Shown piece by piece: positions 1 to 8,741 of a DNA stretch of 64,000 bases (position 1 is its first letter; the number at the start of each line of letters is the position of its first letter). The translations under genes and the position numbers were made by a program. Source of the DNA: an uncultured virus (IMG/VR IMGVR_UViG_3300043932_000239) (lineage: Duplodnaviria > Heunggongvirae > Uroviricota > Caudoviricetes); IMG/VR virus record IMGVR_UViG_3300043932_000239. One strand, 5' to 3'. Under the pieces are notes generated by a model. That model searched no databases and was not told the DNA's origin. It was given only the letters and a program-made list of their open reading frames with translations.

Positions 1-577
1 CATCCGTGCGATAGGTCCCGGGCTCGATGTCTGCCCCCACTTGATAGGTGCCGGATCCGAAGGTGTTGTCCGCGACTCGTTGCTCCGCGGCTGTCGCGGC
101 GTCTTCGCGCTTCTTGACGGCGTCCTCGCGTGCCTGCACGTCGTCCTCGCGCTTCTTCACAGCGTGCTCTCTGTCCTCGATCTGATCGACCTGGGATCGC
201 AAGTCATCCCGGTCACTTGTCACTTCGGCCAGCGCGTCCTTGATGGTTTCCAGCTCGGCGGCGGTTGTCGTCAGCGTGTCCTGGGTGCTGGCCAAGCTGG
301 ACTCGGCCGACTCGGCTCGCGACATCGCGACGCCGAATGCCCCCCAGCCCGCCACCGCTAGCACGCCGACGGCAATCAGGCCGACGGCCATAGGGGACAG
401 CCTTCTTGTGGCCTTATCGGGTGTTTCGTCGGTCTGGGCAGTCGTTTCAGAGAGACCCGGCTCGGAAAACGTCGCGGTTTCGCCGTCGGCCGGCCCGGCC
501 CCGAGCTGCGCGTCGGCAGCCGGGTCCTCTCCGGGTTGTGGAGGCATGAAAGCGTGTTCGGGATTGTTCGGACTCAT
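1..577 (-). CDS. Membrane-anchored coiled-coil protein, 3' end beyond the window
   Basis: Manual translation from ATG 577 (RBS GAAGGAG): MSPNNPEHAF..., one hydrophobic segment (MAVGLIAVGVLAVAGWGAFGVAM), a coiled coil (REDDVQAREDAVKKRED), then GTYQVGADIEPGTYRT. Absent from the ORF track because it has no stop in the window. Confidence 0.8.
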   Translation of the reverse strand, partial: MSPNNPEHAFMPPQPGEDPAADAQLGAGPADGETATFSEPGLSETTAQTDETPDKATRRLSPMAVGLIAVGVLAVAGWGAFGVAMSRAESAESSLASTQDTLTTTAAELETIKDALAEVTSDRDDLRSQVDQIEDREHAVKKREDDVQAREDAVKKREDAATAAEQRVADNTFGSGTYQVGADIEPGTYRTD

Positions 578-615
578 GGTGTCTCCTTCGCGACTGGGAA
601 TGGACTCTGAAACCT

Positions 616-1353
616 TCAGTTGTTGTCGTTCTCATCAAAGTGGATGTCGAGGCTCAGGCCGCTGTCCGGGTGGTAGTTCCAGGTCGCGTCGAGTCCATTC
701 CACGACGCCGACAGCGTGCCGTCGAGAGCCCTGGTCGATTCGATCTGTGAGACGACGTAGTCGGGGACGTCGAGTTCGTTGAGAACGCAGCTGATGGCGG
801 TCAGGGACGCACCCGAGAATTCCTCGTCGCCCTCACCGTCGATGCTCAGCGACTGCCCGGAGTCTCCCACAGCCATGCCCTCCGGATGACCGCAGTCCTC
901 GACGGCGGTCGTGAGGACCTGGGATTGCTCGTCCGCAGCGGCGCGGGCGCGTGCAGCGTTGACTGCGGCGCCTCCACCCGCACCCAAACCGACGCCGACG
1001 ATTAACGCCGACGCGGCCACGATGAGCAGGACCGGAAGGCTGAACTTTCGTCGGCGGTCTGCCGCGGCCGACGCCGAGCCGGGAACCTGGTCTGTTGGCT
1101 CGCCCTGGGCAGACGGATCGATCGGAATCGATTGAGCTGCGGGCGATGTGTCCGCAGCGGCATCGGCCAGCGCTTGGGGTGTGCCGAGAAGGGGCGCGGA
1201 CCCTCCTGACTCCGAGGCGCCACCGGCGGGATCGGGCGCGAACGGGCTTCGAGGGTGATCGGACGGCGTCGTGGGATTCGGTGGCGCTGGTTCGTCAGCC
1301 GCGTGCCGGGGATCCGGCTCGTTGACGAGGCCGGGGGTATGGACGGCGTCCAT
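616..1353 (-). CDS. Hypothetical membrane-anchored protein with Pro-rich N-terminus
   Basis: 245-aa ORF, RBS GGAGGA, single TM segment (VLLIVAASALIVGVGLG), compact C-terminal domain ending WNYHPDSGL. Confidence 0.75.
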   Translation of the reverse strand: MDAVHTPGLVNEPDPRHAADEPAPPNPTTPSDHPRSPFAPDPAGGASESGGSAPLLGTPQALADAAADTSPAAQSIPIDPSAQGEPTDQVPGSASAAADRRRKFSLPVLLIVAASALIVGVGLGAGGGAAVNAARARAAADEQSQVLTTAVEDCGHPEGMAVGDSGQSLSIDGEGDEEFSGASLTAISCVLNELDVPDYVVSQIESTRALDGTLSASWNGLDATWNYHPDSGLSLDIHFDENDNN

Positions 1354-1473
1354 GAGGTCCTCCTGAGATCATGTGGATGAGATATCACGAGTGTCCGACA
1401 GGCCATGGGCATTTGCGGTCATCGAGGGGTCGTCGACGGGCACCCGAGGACGGCGCCGGCGCGGGGGCAGAGC

Positions 1474-2955
1474 TCACCGGCGGGGGTGGCGAAGCCCCAA
1501 CGCCTTCATCCAGACGTCGTCGGGCACGCCGTGCTCCTCCGTCTCCACACCGAGCTCGAGGCGCTTCTCAAAGGAGAGCGGGCGGCCTTCCGGCTCGCCT
1601 GTTGCCGGGTGCGCGGCGGTGTGGGGCATCTGTGCCTCCGCCGGCGGAGCGCCGGTCCGAGCCACTGCTCCAGTGTGTCCGCGTCCAACGGGCTTCTCTC
1701 CCACGAGGTCCTCGCGCCCGGCGGCCAGCGCGATCCTGCGGCGCAGGTCGGGATCCTCGCACAAGCGCGTGACGATCTGACGGACGCGCTCGCGAGTCAC
1801 GCCGAATTCGTGTCCGATCCGATCGAGTATCCACACGTCGCCGTCGACGAGGCCCAGACGCAGGCGGAACATCTGCATGTCGCGGTGGATCGTCCCGGCC
1901 CACGAGGAACGCCCGTGGCGTTTGGGCAGCGCACCACGCGCGACGTCATCCTCGAAACGGTCAAGGGCGGCCAGCACATCGAGTTGTTCGATCCTGTGCT
2001 CCGCGACCTCGCCGGGATCCGGGGCGTCCTCGTCCAGGACCATCTCCCGCCAAGCGGACTCGCCGCTGTCCTGGGAACGATCGATGACGTCGTCCAGGCT
2101 GAGCGGAGCCTGGCTCACCATCCGCAGCCAGGCGAGGCGGGAGGGCTCGATGTCGCACTCGGCGGCGACCTCGACCAAGGTCGGGGTGCGATGCAGACGC
2201 GTCCGCATCTCGCGTTCCTCGCGGCGGCAGCGCCGCAGGTCATCGACCGTGTGGACCGGGAGACGGATGAGCCGTTCCGTGTCGTCGCAGCCGCGGGCCG
2301 CCGACTGGCGGATCCACCACGTCGCGTAGCTCGAGAACCTTCCCCGATCCGGATCGAATTTTGCCGCCGCTCGGAACAGGCCCAGGATTCCGAACGCGAT
2401 CCGGTCCTCGTCCGGCAGCGCACTTCCGGGTCGTGCGTCGAACGTCATGACCCGCGCGAGCCGCAGGTTCGCGCGAATCAGGATATCCATGGCGCGTCGC
2501 CCCTCGCGGATCGTCCGGTGGCCGGCCCGCGTCGCCGCACCCTCACCGGCCGCGACGGCCGCGGCCAGTCCCGCCTGGATCCTCTCCGCCAGCAGGCGCT
2601 CCTGCGCGGCGGTGAGGAGCTCGTGGTCGTACATGTGCCCGGGCATGATCGGCAGCCGGTCGGCCCAATCGAGCATCCGGTCCCATGGGCCGCGGACGGC
2701 ATCCGCCGTCTGGCGCGCAGCGCCATGGCGTCCGTGCCCCCGACTCATCGCCGCGCCGACGAGGGCGTCCTCGCCGCGCGGGCCGTCCTCGTCGATGGGG
2801 GAGAGGGACAGCATCCCGAACAAGGCGTCGTCCAGCGACCACGGGTCCGCGTCCCCGTCCGACGGCAAGCGTTCGGCCTGGATGCCGGGGCGAGAGCCGC
2901 CTCGTGCGCCCGCGGCGCTCCGGAAGGGGTGGGCGTCGTCGTCGATGACTGCCAT
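1474..2955 (-). CDS. Sigma-70 family RNA polymerase sigma factor (divergent RpoD-like)
   Basis: Region 1.2 LLTAAQERLLA, region 2 ANLRL...GLFRAAAKFDPDRGRFSSYATWWIRQS, region 3 RLIRLPVH, region 4 IGHEFGVTRERVRQI. Start uncertain (2955 or 2985). Confidence 0.85.
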   Translation of the reverse strand: MAVIDDDAHPFRSAAGARGGSRPGIQAERLPSDGDADPWSLDDALFGMLSLSPIDEDGPRGEDALVGAAMSRGHGRHGAARQTADAVRGPWDRMLDWADRLPIMPGHMYDHELLTAAQERLLAERIQAGLAAAVAAGEGAATRAGHRTIREGRRAMDILIRANLRLARVMTFDARPGSALPDEDRIAFGILGLFRAAAKFDPDRGRFSSYATWWIRQSAARGCDDTERLIRLPVHTVDDLRRCRREEREMRTRLHRTPTLVEVAAECDIEPSRLAWLRMVSQAPLSLDDVIDRSQDSGESAWREMVLDEDAPDPGEVAEHRIEQLDVLAALDRFEDDVARGALPKRHGRSSWAGTIHRDMQMFRLRLGLVDGDVWILDRIGHEFGVTRERVRQIVTRLCEDPDLRRRIALAAGREDLVGEKPVGRGHTGAVARTGAPPAEAQMPHTAAHPATGEPEGRPLSFEKRLELGVETEEHGVPDDVWMKALGLRHPRR

Positions 2956-3265
2956 GCGTCCAACGGTACGGCTGGGCGCGGGCATCTGGGATTGACGAGG
3001 GCGGCGCCGGGGCCCCCATCGGGCAACTCGCCGGATTTCTCTTGGGAGAACTGCCGCCCCTCATGCGGGCGGTCCCTCACGGTGGGCAGCGCCCTCCGCG
3101 CGGAGATGGCGGACGGCCGGTGCCTCGCTGGAGTCCCATCAGAGTACGAATGGGGCAGGTCGCGGATCACCTGTGTGTCTCAGGCGCTACGATTCCTCAC
3201 ATGTGCGCCCTCCCGTTCCGTCAACCCCGCCCACCGGGCGGGTGTTGTCCCGGAATGAGGAACAC

Positions 3266-3478
3266 ATGGACAAGCGCACGGATCACTCCTGGCCGCTGAG
3301 GCGCAGGCTGCCGGCGGGCTTCGCTTTCTTCACGAAGACCAGTCTGTTGGAGTGCTTGGACGAGGTCGGCGACGACGAGCCGATCTGGCTGGACAACTAC
3401 TGGCAGCCGATCCGTCAGATCACCCAGCGCCCGCTCGAGTTGATCTATCCGCACGACGACGGGTTGCATCTCGCGTAG
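3266..3478 (+). CDS. Small hypothetical protein (70 aa)
   Basis: ATG 3266 with GAGGA RBS and host-like codon usage; MDKRTDHSWPLRRRLPAGFAFF... Confidence 0.5.
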   Translation: MDKRTDHSWPLRRRLPAGFAFFTKTSLLECLDEVGDDEPIWLDNYWQPIRQITQRPLELIYPHDDGLHLA

Positions 3479-3570
3479 TTCCCCGCAGGGGCGCTGCGGT
3501 CGGCGTCGCGTCGATCGCAGCGCCGCCTGGCGTCTTGCTCCTACCGAGAAGGGACTGTTCGTGAAGTCTG

Positions 3571-3870
3571 TTAACGAAGTCTTGAGGCTATGGGACTTTG
3601 CAACACCCACCCCTCAACGTCGAGTTGCCAGTCGCGGACATCGTCGGTGCGCCCATCGTTCCACGTGAAACCGGGGGAGACGGTCCCGCTCTTCTGGAGG
3701 ACGCGGTGGGCGCCCTCGGTATCGGTGGAACCCATGTAGGACCCGACGGTCTGGGCATTCGTGCTCGCCATGGCCGCCAGATCGGAGTACGAGGTCCACT
3801 GCGCGGGTTCGAGGAACTTGAGCGCAGTCTCGAGGATCGGAGCGTAACCATCGACAGCCCCGCGGGCCGG
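3571..3870 (-). pseudogene. Orphan alkyltransferase-like (MGMT/ATL DNA-binding) domain fragment
   Basis: WTSYSDLAAMASTNAQTVG...AHRVLQKSG matches the MGMT DNA-binding domain pattern without the catalytic Cys; no convincing start. Confidence 0.55.
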
Positions 3871-4024
3871 GACCTCGAGCCCGGGAGTGTCGTCCAGCCG
3901 AGCCCTCCTTTCTTCCCCGCCCGTGCCCGGTGTCGGCGGTTGTGAGACCGCTAGACGCTCGATGTTGTCCGTGCGTCGCGGCCAACTCGCCGAGGCGGCC
4001 GACGTCGGGTCGCGTAGACCACTC

Positions 4025-4200
4025 CTCTCCCAGCCGTTCGAGGATCCAGACGCGGACCAGGGTCGAAGAGGGAGGGCGCTGGGAGGCGGTGACCTCTTCG
4101 ATGTGGGCCTGTTCCCATCGGCGCTGAGGCGCACGACGTTGCCCTTCGTGCGCCTCAGGCGGGTCGGTTGGGCGTCTTCGGGGAGAGCAGGTCGCGGGCG
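4025..4200 (-). pseudogene. Frameshifted ribbon-helix-helix/CopG-like antitoxin remnant
   Basis: LPEDAQPTR...VVRLSAD in one frame continues as EQAHIEEVTASQRPPSSTLVRVWILERL in another. Confidence 0.35.
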
Positions 4201-4397
4201 CGTTCCGGTTCCTCGCGGAGGGCACAGACAAGCTCTGCCGAACCACCGAGGAGAACTGATGGGCAGCCTCGGTGAGGCTCGTCGAAGTATTGACGGGTAG
4301 GCGCACCCGATGCGACAATAAAAGGGCTTACAGCGTTGAGCTGTACAGAAGTGAGCCCGGCAGCCATCCGGAGGTTGGTGAGCCGGGCTTCGCGCTG

Positions 4398-4955
4398 TCA
4401 CAGCGATGTTACGGAGGCAACGAGTCCGGCGTCGGAGATCCGACTGCGCCAATCGCCGCCCTTGGCGTACGCCCACGCAACGACGTCCGGGATCCATAGT
4501 AGAGGCTCGTCAATAGGGTTCTTCCACTGGTAGGTGAACTCCACGGCGAGACTGCGGTCACGCTGTTGGGTGAGAAGGAACTGTCTCTCCCATCGTTGGA
4601 GAGATTCGTCGCGCTCGATGGTCAACGAGGCCGCGTGATAGAGCTCGCAGCCATCTAGGACTTGTCTGAGACAAGCGGTCCGTGCCTCAAGTTCGGAACG
4701 GTATGAGGCCTTCTCAAAGATGTGGCAACTGATTTCGAGCTTTGAAAATCCGCTGATGATCCTCTTGCGGCTCGCGTCGCCCTCGGCCTTCATGTGGATC
4801 CTGCGCGCTCCGCGGTGTTTGAGCGCTCGGACGGCCCGACGCGTCGTCTCGAGATCGTTCGGAACGATGACCGACGCGACAAGGAGGTACGAGTGTCGCT
4901 TGGACTCGTCAATGAAGGCGTGTCCTCCTGTCGGCCAATCACTTCCCTTCAGCAT
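4398..4955 (-). CDS. DUF3800-like (RNase H-fold) protein
   Basis: N-terminal AFIDESK and C-terminal EPLLWIPDVVAW motifs. Confidence 0.65.
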   Translation of the reverse strand: MLKGSDWPTGGHAFIDESKRHSYLLVASVIVPNDLETTRRAVRALKHRGARRIHMKAEGDASRKRIISGFSKLEISCHIFEKASYRSELEARTACLRQVLDGCELYHAASLTIERDESLQRWERQFLLTQQRDRSLAVEFTYQWKNPIDEPLLWIPDVVAWAYAKGGDWRSRISDAGLVASVTSL

Positions 4956-4966
4956 GCTGAGTCGTC

Positions 4967-5383
4967 CTAGTTCTCGGTGGAGTTGGACTTACGGCCCCTG
5001 TTTGACGACACGGGCGTTCCGGGATCGTTCAGATCGATGATGAGGAGTCCGTCCTCGAGTCGGGGTATCCATCGGTGAGCCTTCGAGGTGTCGAGTTCGA
5101 TGAACTTGGTGAACATTGTCCCCGCAACAATGACGGGTCCATGATTTGAGGATCTTGTCGACGCGGACATGCGTCGCGCAGGGTAGGCGTTGGGGGTGTT
5201 GATGGGTACCGGCTTCAACCCGATGAGCCGGCGTTCGGAGTCCCAAAGGAACTGGATCGCCTCGGGAGTCCCGATGAGGCTCTGGGCCGCGTCGTTCAGG
5301 GAGAACAGCCCCCTCTTCTGGATGGTCACGCTCGGCACTGAGGGAAGCGGTGCGCTTCCCTTCTGAAACAGCTCGAATGCCAC
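4967..5383 (-). CDS. Hypothetical protein
   Basis: GTG 5383 with AGGAG RBS; 11 bp upstream of the DUF3800-like gene, probably a two-gene operon. Confidence 0.65.
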   Translation of the reverse strand: MAFELFQKGSAPLPSVPSVTIQKRGLFSLNDAAQSLIGTPEAIQFLWDSERRLIGLKPVPINTPNAYPARRMSASTRSSNHGPVIVAGTMFTKFIELDTSKAHRWIPRLEDGLLIIDLNDPGTPVSSNRGRKSNSTEN

Positions 5384-5834
5384 GGCTGCGCTCCTGACCT
5401 TGTCGTTGTGTGCTCCGTTCGAGAGTAGCACGGGGATGTCGAGCTGGCTATGAGAAACTTTGAGCGCGTTGCTAGGTGATCGGGTGTCCTGGGAACGCTT
5501 TGGAAGCGCTCGGAGCCCTCGTGTGCGTGGGTCAGGTCGAACTCGTCGAAGGGCGTGTCAAGGTCTCAGAGACCCGTTGGACTCGGCCGGCGTGCCACCC
5601 GTCTCCCGGCGCTGGTCCAATCCGGCACAGGCAACCGGTCTTCTGGCCGACCAACTGCTGTTTGCCCCAAGATGCGGACGCTCCCGTCTACGATGACTCT
5701 CGGTGTTCCACCGGTGCCTCCGCCATGCGGTCCACCTGCCCCGCCGCCGTCTCGAACGGTCAGCGGTCGCACGTTCCGAGCGACCGGGGACCCTCGACAG
5801 GAACCTTGTCAAAGGAGCGCGCGCATTGTCGGAC

Positions 5835-8741
5835 ATGAGCCCCCAGGCCCAGACCTTCGCTCCCGGCGAGCGCGTCATGGTCCGTGACGAGCAATGGCTG
5901 GTCCGCACCGTCGCCCCGGCGTCTCCGCGCGATTCCGCCCAGGGCCTCCAACTCGACGTCGTCGGCGTCTCCCCTCTGGTCCGCGACCGCGACGCCACGT
6001 TCTTCACGGCGATCGACCGCGTGCGCCGCTTCGACCCCGCCGACGTCCGCCTCGTCCCCGACACCTCCTCCCACTACCTCACCTCGCGCCTGTGGCTGGA
6101 CTCCGTCATCCGCCGCTCCGCGATCCCCCTCAGCGACACCCGCATCGCGGCCGGCCACCGCGGGCTCTTCGACAAGCTCGACTACCAGCTCCGCCCCGCG
6201 CAGAAGGCCCTCACGAACCTGCGTCCCCGGATCCTCATCGGGGACGCCGTGGGACTGGGCAAGACCCTGGAGATTGGCATCGTCTTGTCGGAGCTCATCG
6301 CCCGCGGCCGAGGTGAGCGCATCCTGGTCGTCACTCCGCGCGCCGTCCTCAAGCAGTTCCAGACCGAGCTGTGGACCCGCTTCGGCATCCCCCTGGTCCG
6401 CCTGGACTCCCAGGGCATCCAGCGCGTCCAGCGCGAGCTGCCCGCCGGGCGCAACCCGTTCTCCTACTACAAGCGGGTCATCGTCTCCATCGACACCCTG
6501 AAGAACCCGCACCGGTACCGGACCTACCTCGAGAAGCACCACTGGGACGCCGTCGTCATCGACGAGTGCCACAACCTCATCAACCGCGGCACCCAGAACA
6601 ACCAGCTCGCGCGCACGCTGGCCCGCAACTCCGACGCCCTGATCCTCTCCTCGGCCACGCCCCACAACGGCAACCCGGAGTCCTTCGCGGAGCTGGTCGG
6701 CCTCCTGGACCCGACCGCCATCGCGGACGACAGGCATTACAGCGCCAGCGACATCGAGCACCTCTACGTCCGCCGCCACCGCGGCAGCCCCGAAGTCGCC
6801 GCCCAGATCGGGGACCGCTGGCGTGAGCGCGCCCAGCCGCAGGTCCGCCCCGTCACCCCCACCCCTGCCGAGCGTGCCGTCCTGGCCGAGCTCGACGCGA
6901 CGTGGCTCCACCCGGCGTCCGGCGTCGCGCCCGTGACCGGCAAGGGCCGGACCCTGTTCCCGTGGACCCTGTTCAAAGGTTTCCTGTCCTCACCCGCCGC
7001 ACTCCTCGCGACGATCGGGAACCGTCGCCGCACGCTGACGGGTAGTTCGACCCCCATTGACGAGGGCGACGCTGCCGCCCTTCGCGGGTCGGGTGCGGAG
7101 CTGGAGGCGCTGGGTCGTCTGGAGGACCTCACGCGGCAGGTCGGGACCCCGGCGAAGCTCGACGCCCTGGTCAACCTGCTGACAGAACTCGGGATCGGAC
7201 CGCGTTCCACCGAACGCGTCGTCGTGTTCTCGGAGCGTGTCGACACCCTGAACTTCCTCAAGAAGTCCCTGCCCCAGCTGCTCGGTCTGCCCGACGGCGC
7301 GGTCGGTCTGCTCCATGCCCAGCAGAGCGACGACGCGATTCAGGGGACGGTGGAGTCTTTCGGACAGAAGGGCTCACCGCTGCGCGTCCTGCTCGCCTCC
7401 GACATGGCCTCGGAAGGCCTCAACCTCCACAAGGAGTGCCACCTCCTCATCCACTACGACGTGCCCTGGTCGTTCATCCGCATCCAGCAGCGCAATGGCC
7501 GCATCGATCGCTACGGCCAGCTCCGGACCCCGACCATTCACGCCCTGGCCCTGGCGGATGAGGAGCACACCAGCGAGGTCCGCGTGGTCACGGCTCTGCT
7601 CAACAAGGAGCATGAGGCCAACAAGGCGTTGGGCGATGCCGGTGTCCTCATGGACCTCGGCCAGACGCAGTACAGTCCCGACCTGGAAGAAAAGGACATC
7701 ACCCAGGCGTTGGCCCGGGGCCAGCAGGTCGAGGATGTCACCCAGACGCCGGAGCAGGCGCTCAACGACCAGTTCCTGGCGGCGTTGTTCGGTGAGGACA
7801 CCAGTGTCGACGTCGAGGCGCCGGCGCCGTTGCGCGAACGGCATCTCTTGTTCCCCGACCAGGACGACTTCCTCGCTGCGATCATCGACGCCCTGCCCGA
7901 TGACACGCGCCGGACGATGCGCATCGAGCGCGACCCCGACCGCGACCTCGTGTCCTTCGAACCGCCCGCGGACCTGGAGATCCGCCTGCGGCAGCTTCCC
8001 CGTGAGCTGGTGCGCGGGGAGGACTCGGTCATCGGGCGCATCCAGTTGACAGGATCGAAGCCGTTGGCGGAGGACCGCCTGCGCTCCGCCCAGCAGTCGA
8101 CGAACCCGTGGCCGGACACGCAGTACCTCACGGCCGTCCACCCCGTCATCGCGTGGGCCGGGGACCGGGGCATGTCGCTGCTGGATCGGCAGACGGTCCC
8201 CGTCATGGCGGGAGCCGTCGAGGCGCCGGTCTTCCTCACACAGGCGACATGGGCCAACGACGCCGGTCAGGTCGTCATCGCCCAGTCGGGGGCTGTCGTG
8301 GGCGTCATGGATTCCGACGGACGTCTGCTCGCGGACGGTTCAGACGCCGACGTCCTCGACCTCATGCGGGTCCTCGGGGCCGCGCGCCTGGATGCACACA
8401 GCGTCAACGACGGGCGCGCCGGACGCTGGAGCACGGAGGCGTTGGCGCGCGGCGTCGAGCCCGCGCTCGCGGTCGCAAGCGCGGAGCTCACACGTCGGCG
8501 CGACGAGTTCGAGGGCGACCTGCTGGAGCGCATCCAGAGCGACCAGGAACGTCTGTATTCCTGGCACCAGCGGTCCCTGGACCTGCTCGGGCAGATGCCT
8601 GCGGGTGGCCATCGGTCCAAGCGGGAACAGCGCGTGGCCCACGAGTCCACCCGCCTGGAGCGGCTCATCCAGTCCTCGGCGGCGTCCGGTGAGCCCTATG
8701 TCCGACTGCTCGGGGTCATCGTCCCCGGAAGGAGCCTGTGA
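5835..8741 (+). CDS. SNF2-family helicase, DISARM DrmD-like
   Basis: GDAVGLGKT, DECH, SATP, SEGLNL, QRNGRIDRYGQ motifs; N-terminal PGERVMVRDEQW; TGATG overlap with the MTase gene. Confidence 0.9.
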   Translation: MSPQAQTFAPGERVMVRDEQWLVRTVAPASPRDSAQGLQLDVVGVSPLVRDRDATFFTAIDRVRRFDPADVRLVPDTSSHYLTSRLWLDSVIRRSAIPLSDTRIAAGHRGLFDKLDYQLRPAQKALTNLRPRILIGDAVGLGKTLEIGIVLSELIARGRGERILVVTPRAVLKQFQTELWTRFGIPLVRLDSQGIQRVQRELPAGRNPFSYYKRVIVSIDTLKNPHRYRTYLEKHHWDAVVIDECHNLINRGTQNNQLARTLARNSDALILSSATPHNGNPESFAELVGLLDPTAIADDRHYSASDIEHLYVRRHRGSPEVAAQIGDRWRERAQPQVRPVTPTPAERAVLAELDATWLHPASGVAPVTGKGRTLFPWTLFKGFLSSPAALLATIGNRRRTLTGSSTPIDEGDAAALRGSGAELEALGRLEDLTRQVGTPAKLDALVNLLTELGIGPRSTERVVVFSERVDTLNFLKKSLPQLLGLPDGAVGLLHAQQSDDAIQGTVESFGQKGSPLRVLLASDMASEGLNLHKECHLLIHYDVPWSFIRIQQRNGRIDRYGQLRTPTIHALALADEEHTSEVRVVTALLNKEHEANKALGDAGVLMDLGQTQYSPDLEEKDITQALARGQQVEDVTQTPEQALNDQFLAALFGEDTSVDVEAPAPLRERHLLFPDQDDFLAAIIDALPDDTRRTMRIERDPDRDLVSFEPPADLEIRLRQLPRELVRGEDSVIGRIQLTGSKPLAEDRLRSAQQSTNPWPDTQYLTAVHPVIAWAGDRGMSLLDRQTVPVMAGAVEAPVFLTQATWANDAGQVVIAQSGAVVGVMDSDGRLLADGSDADVLDLMRVLGAARLDAHSVNDGRAGRWSTEALARGVEPALAVASAELTRRRDEFEGDLLERIQSDQERLYSWHQRSLDLLGQMPAGGHRSKREQRVAHESTRLERLIQSSAASGEPYVRLLGVIVPGRSL

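Noticed and set aside
1405..3258. 617-aa + strand ORF
   Set aside because: Antisense shadow of the sigma factor gene, typical of high-GC codon bias; no motifs
3571..4497. 308-aa ORF as one real gene
   Set aside because: Overlaps the DUF3800-like gene and strings together unrelated remnants; only parts look protein-like
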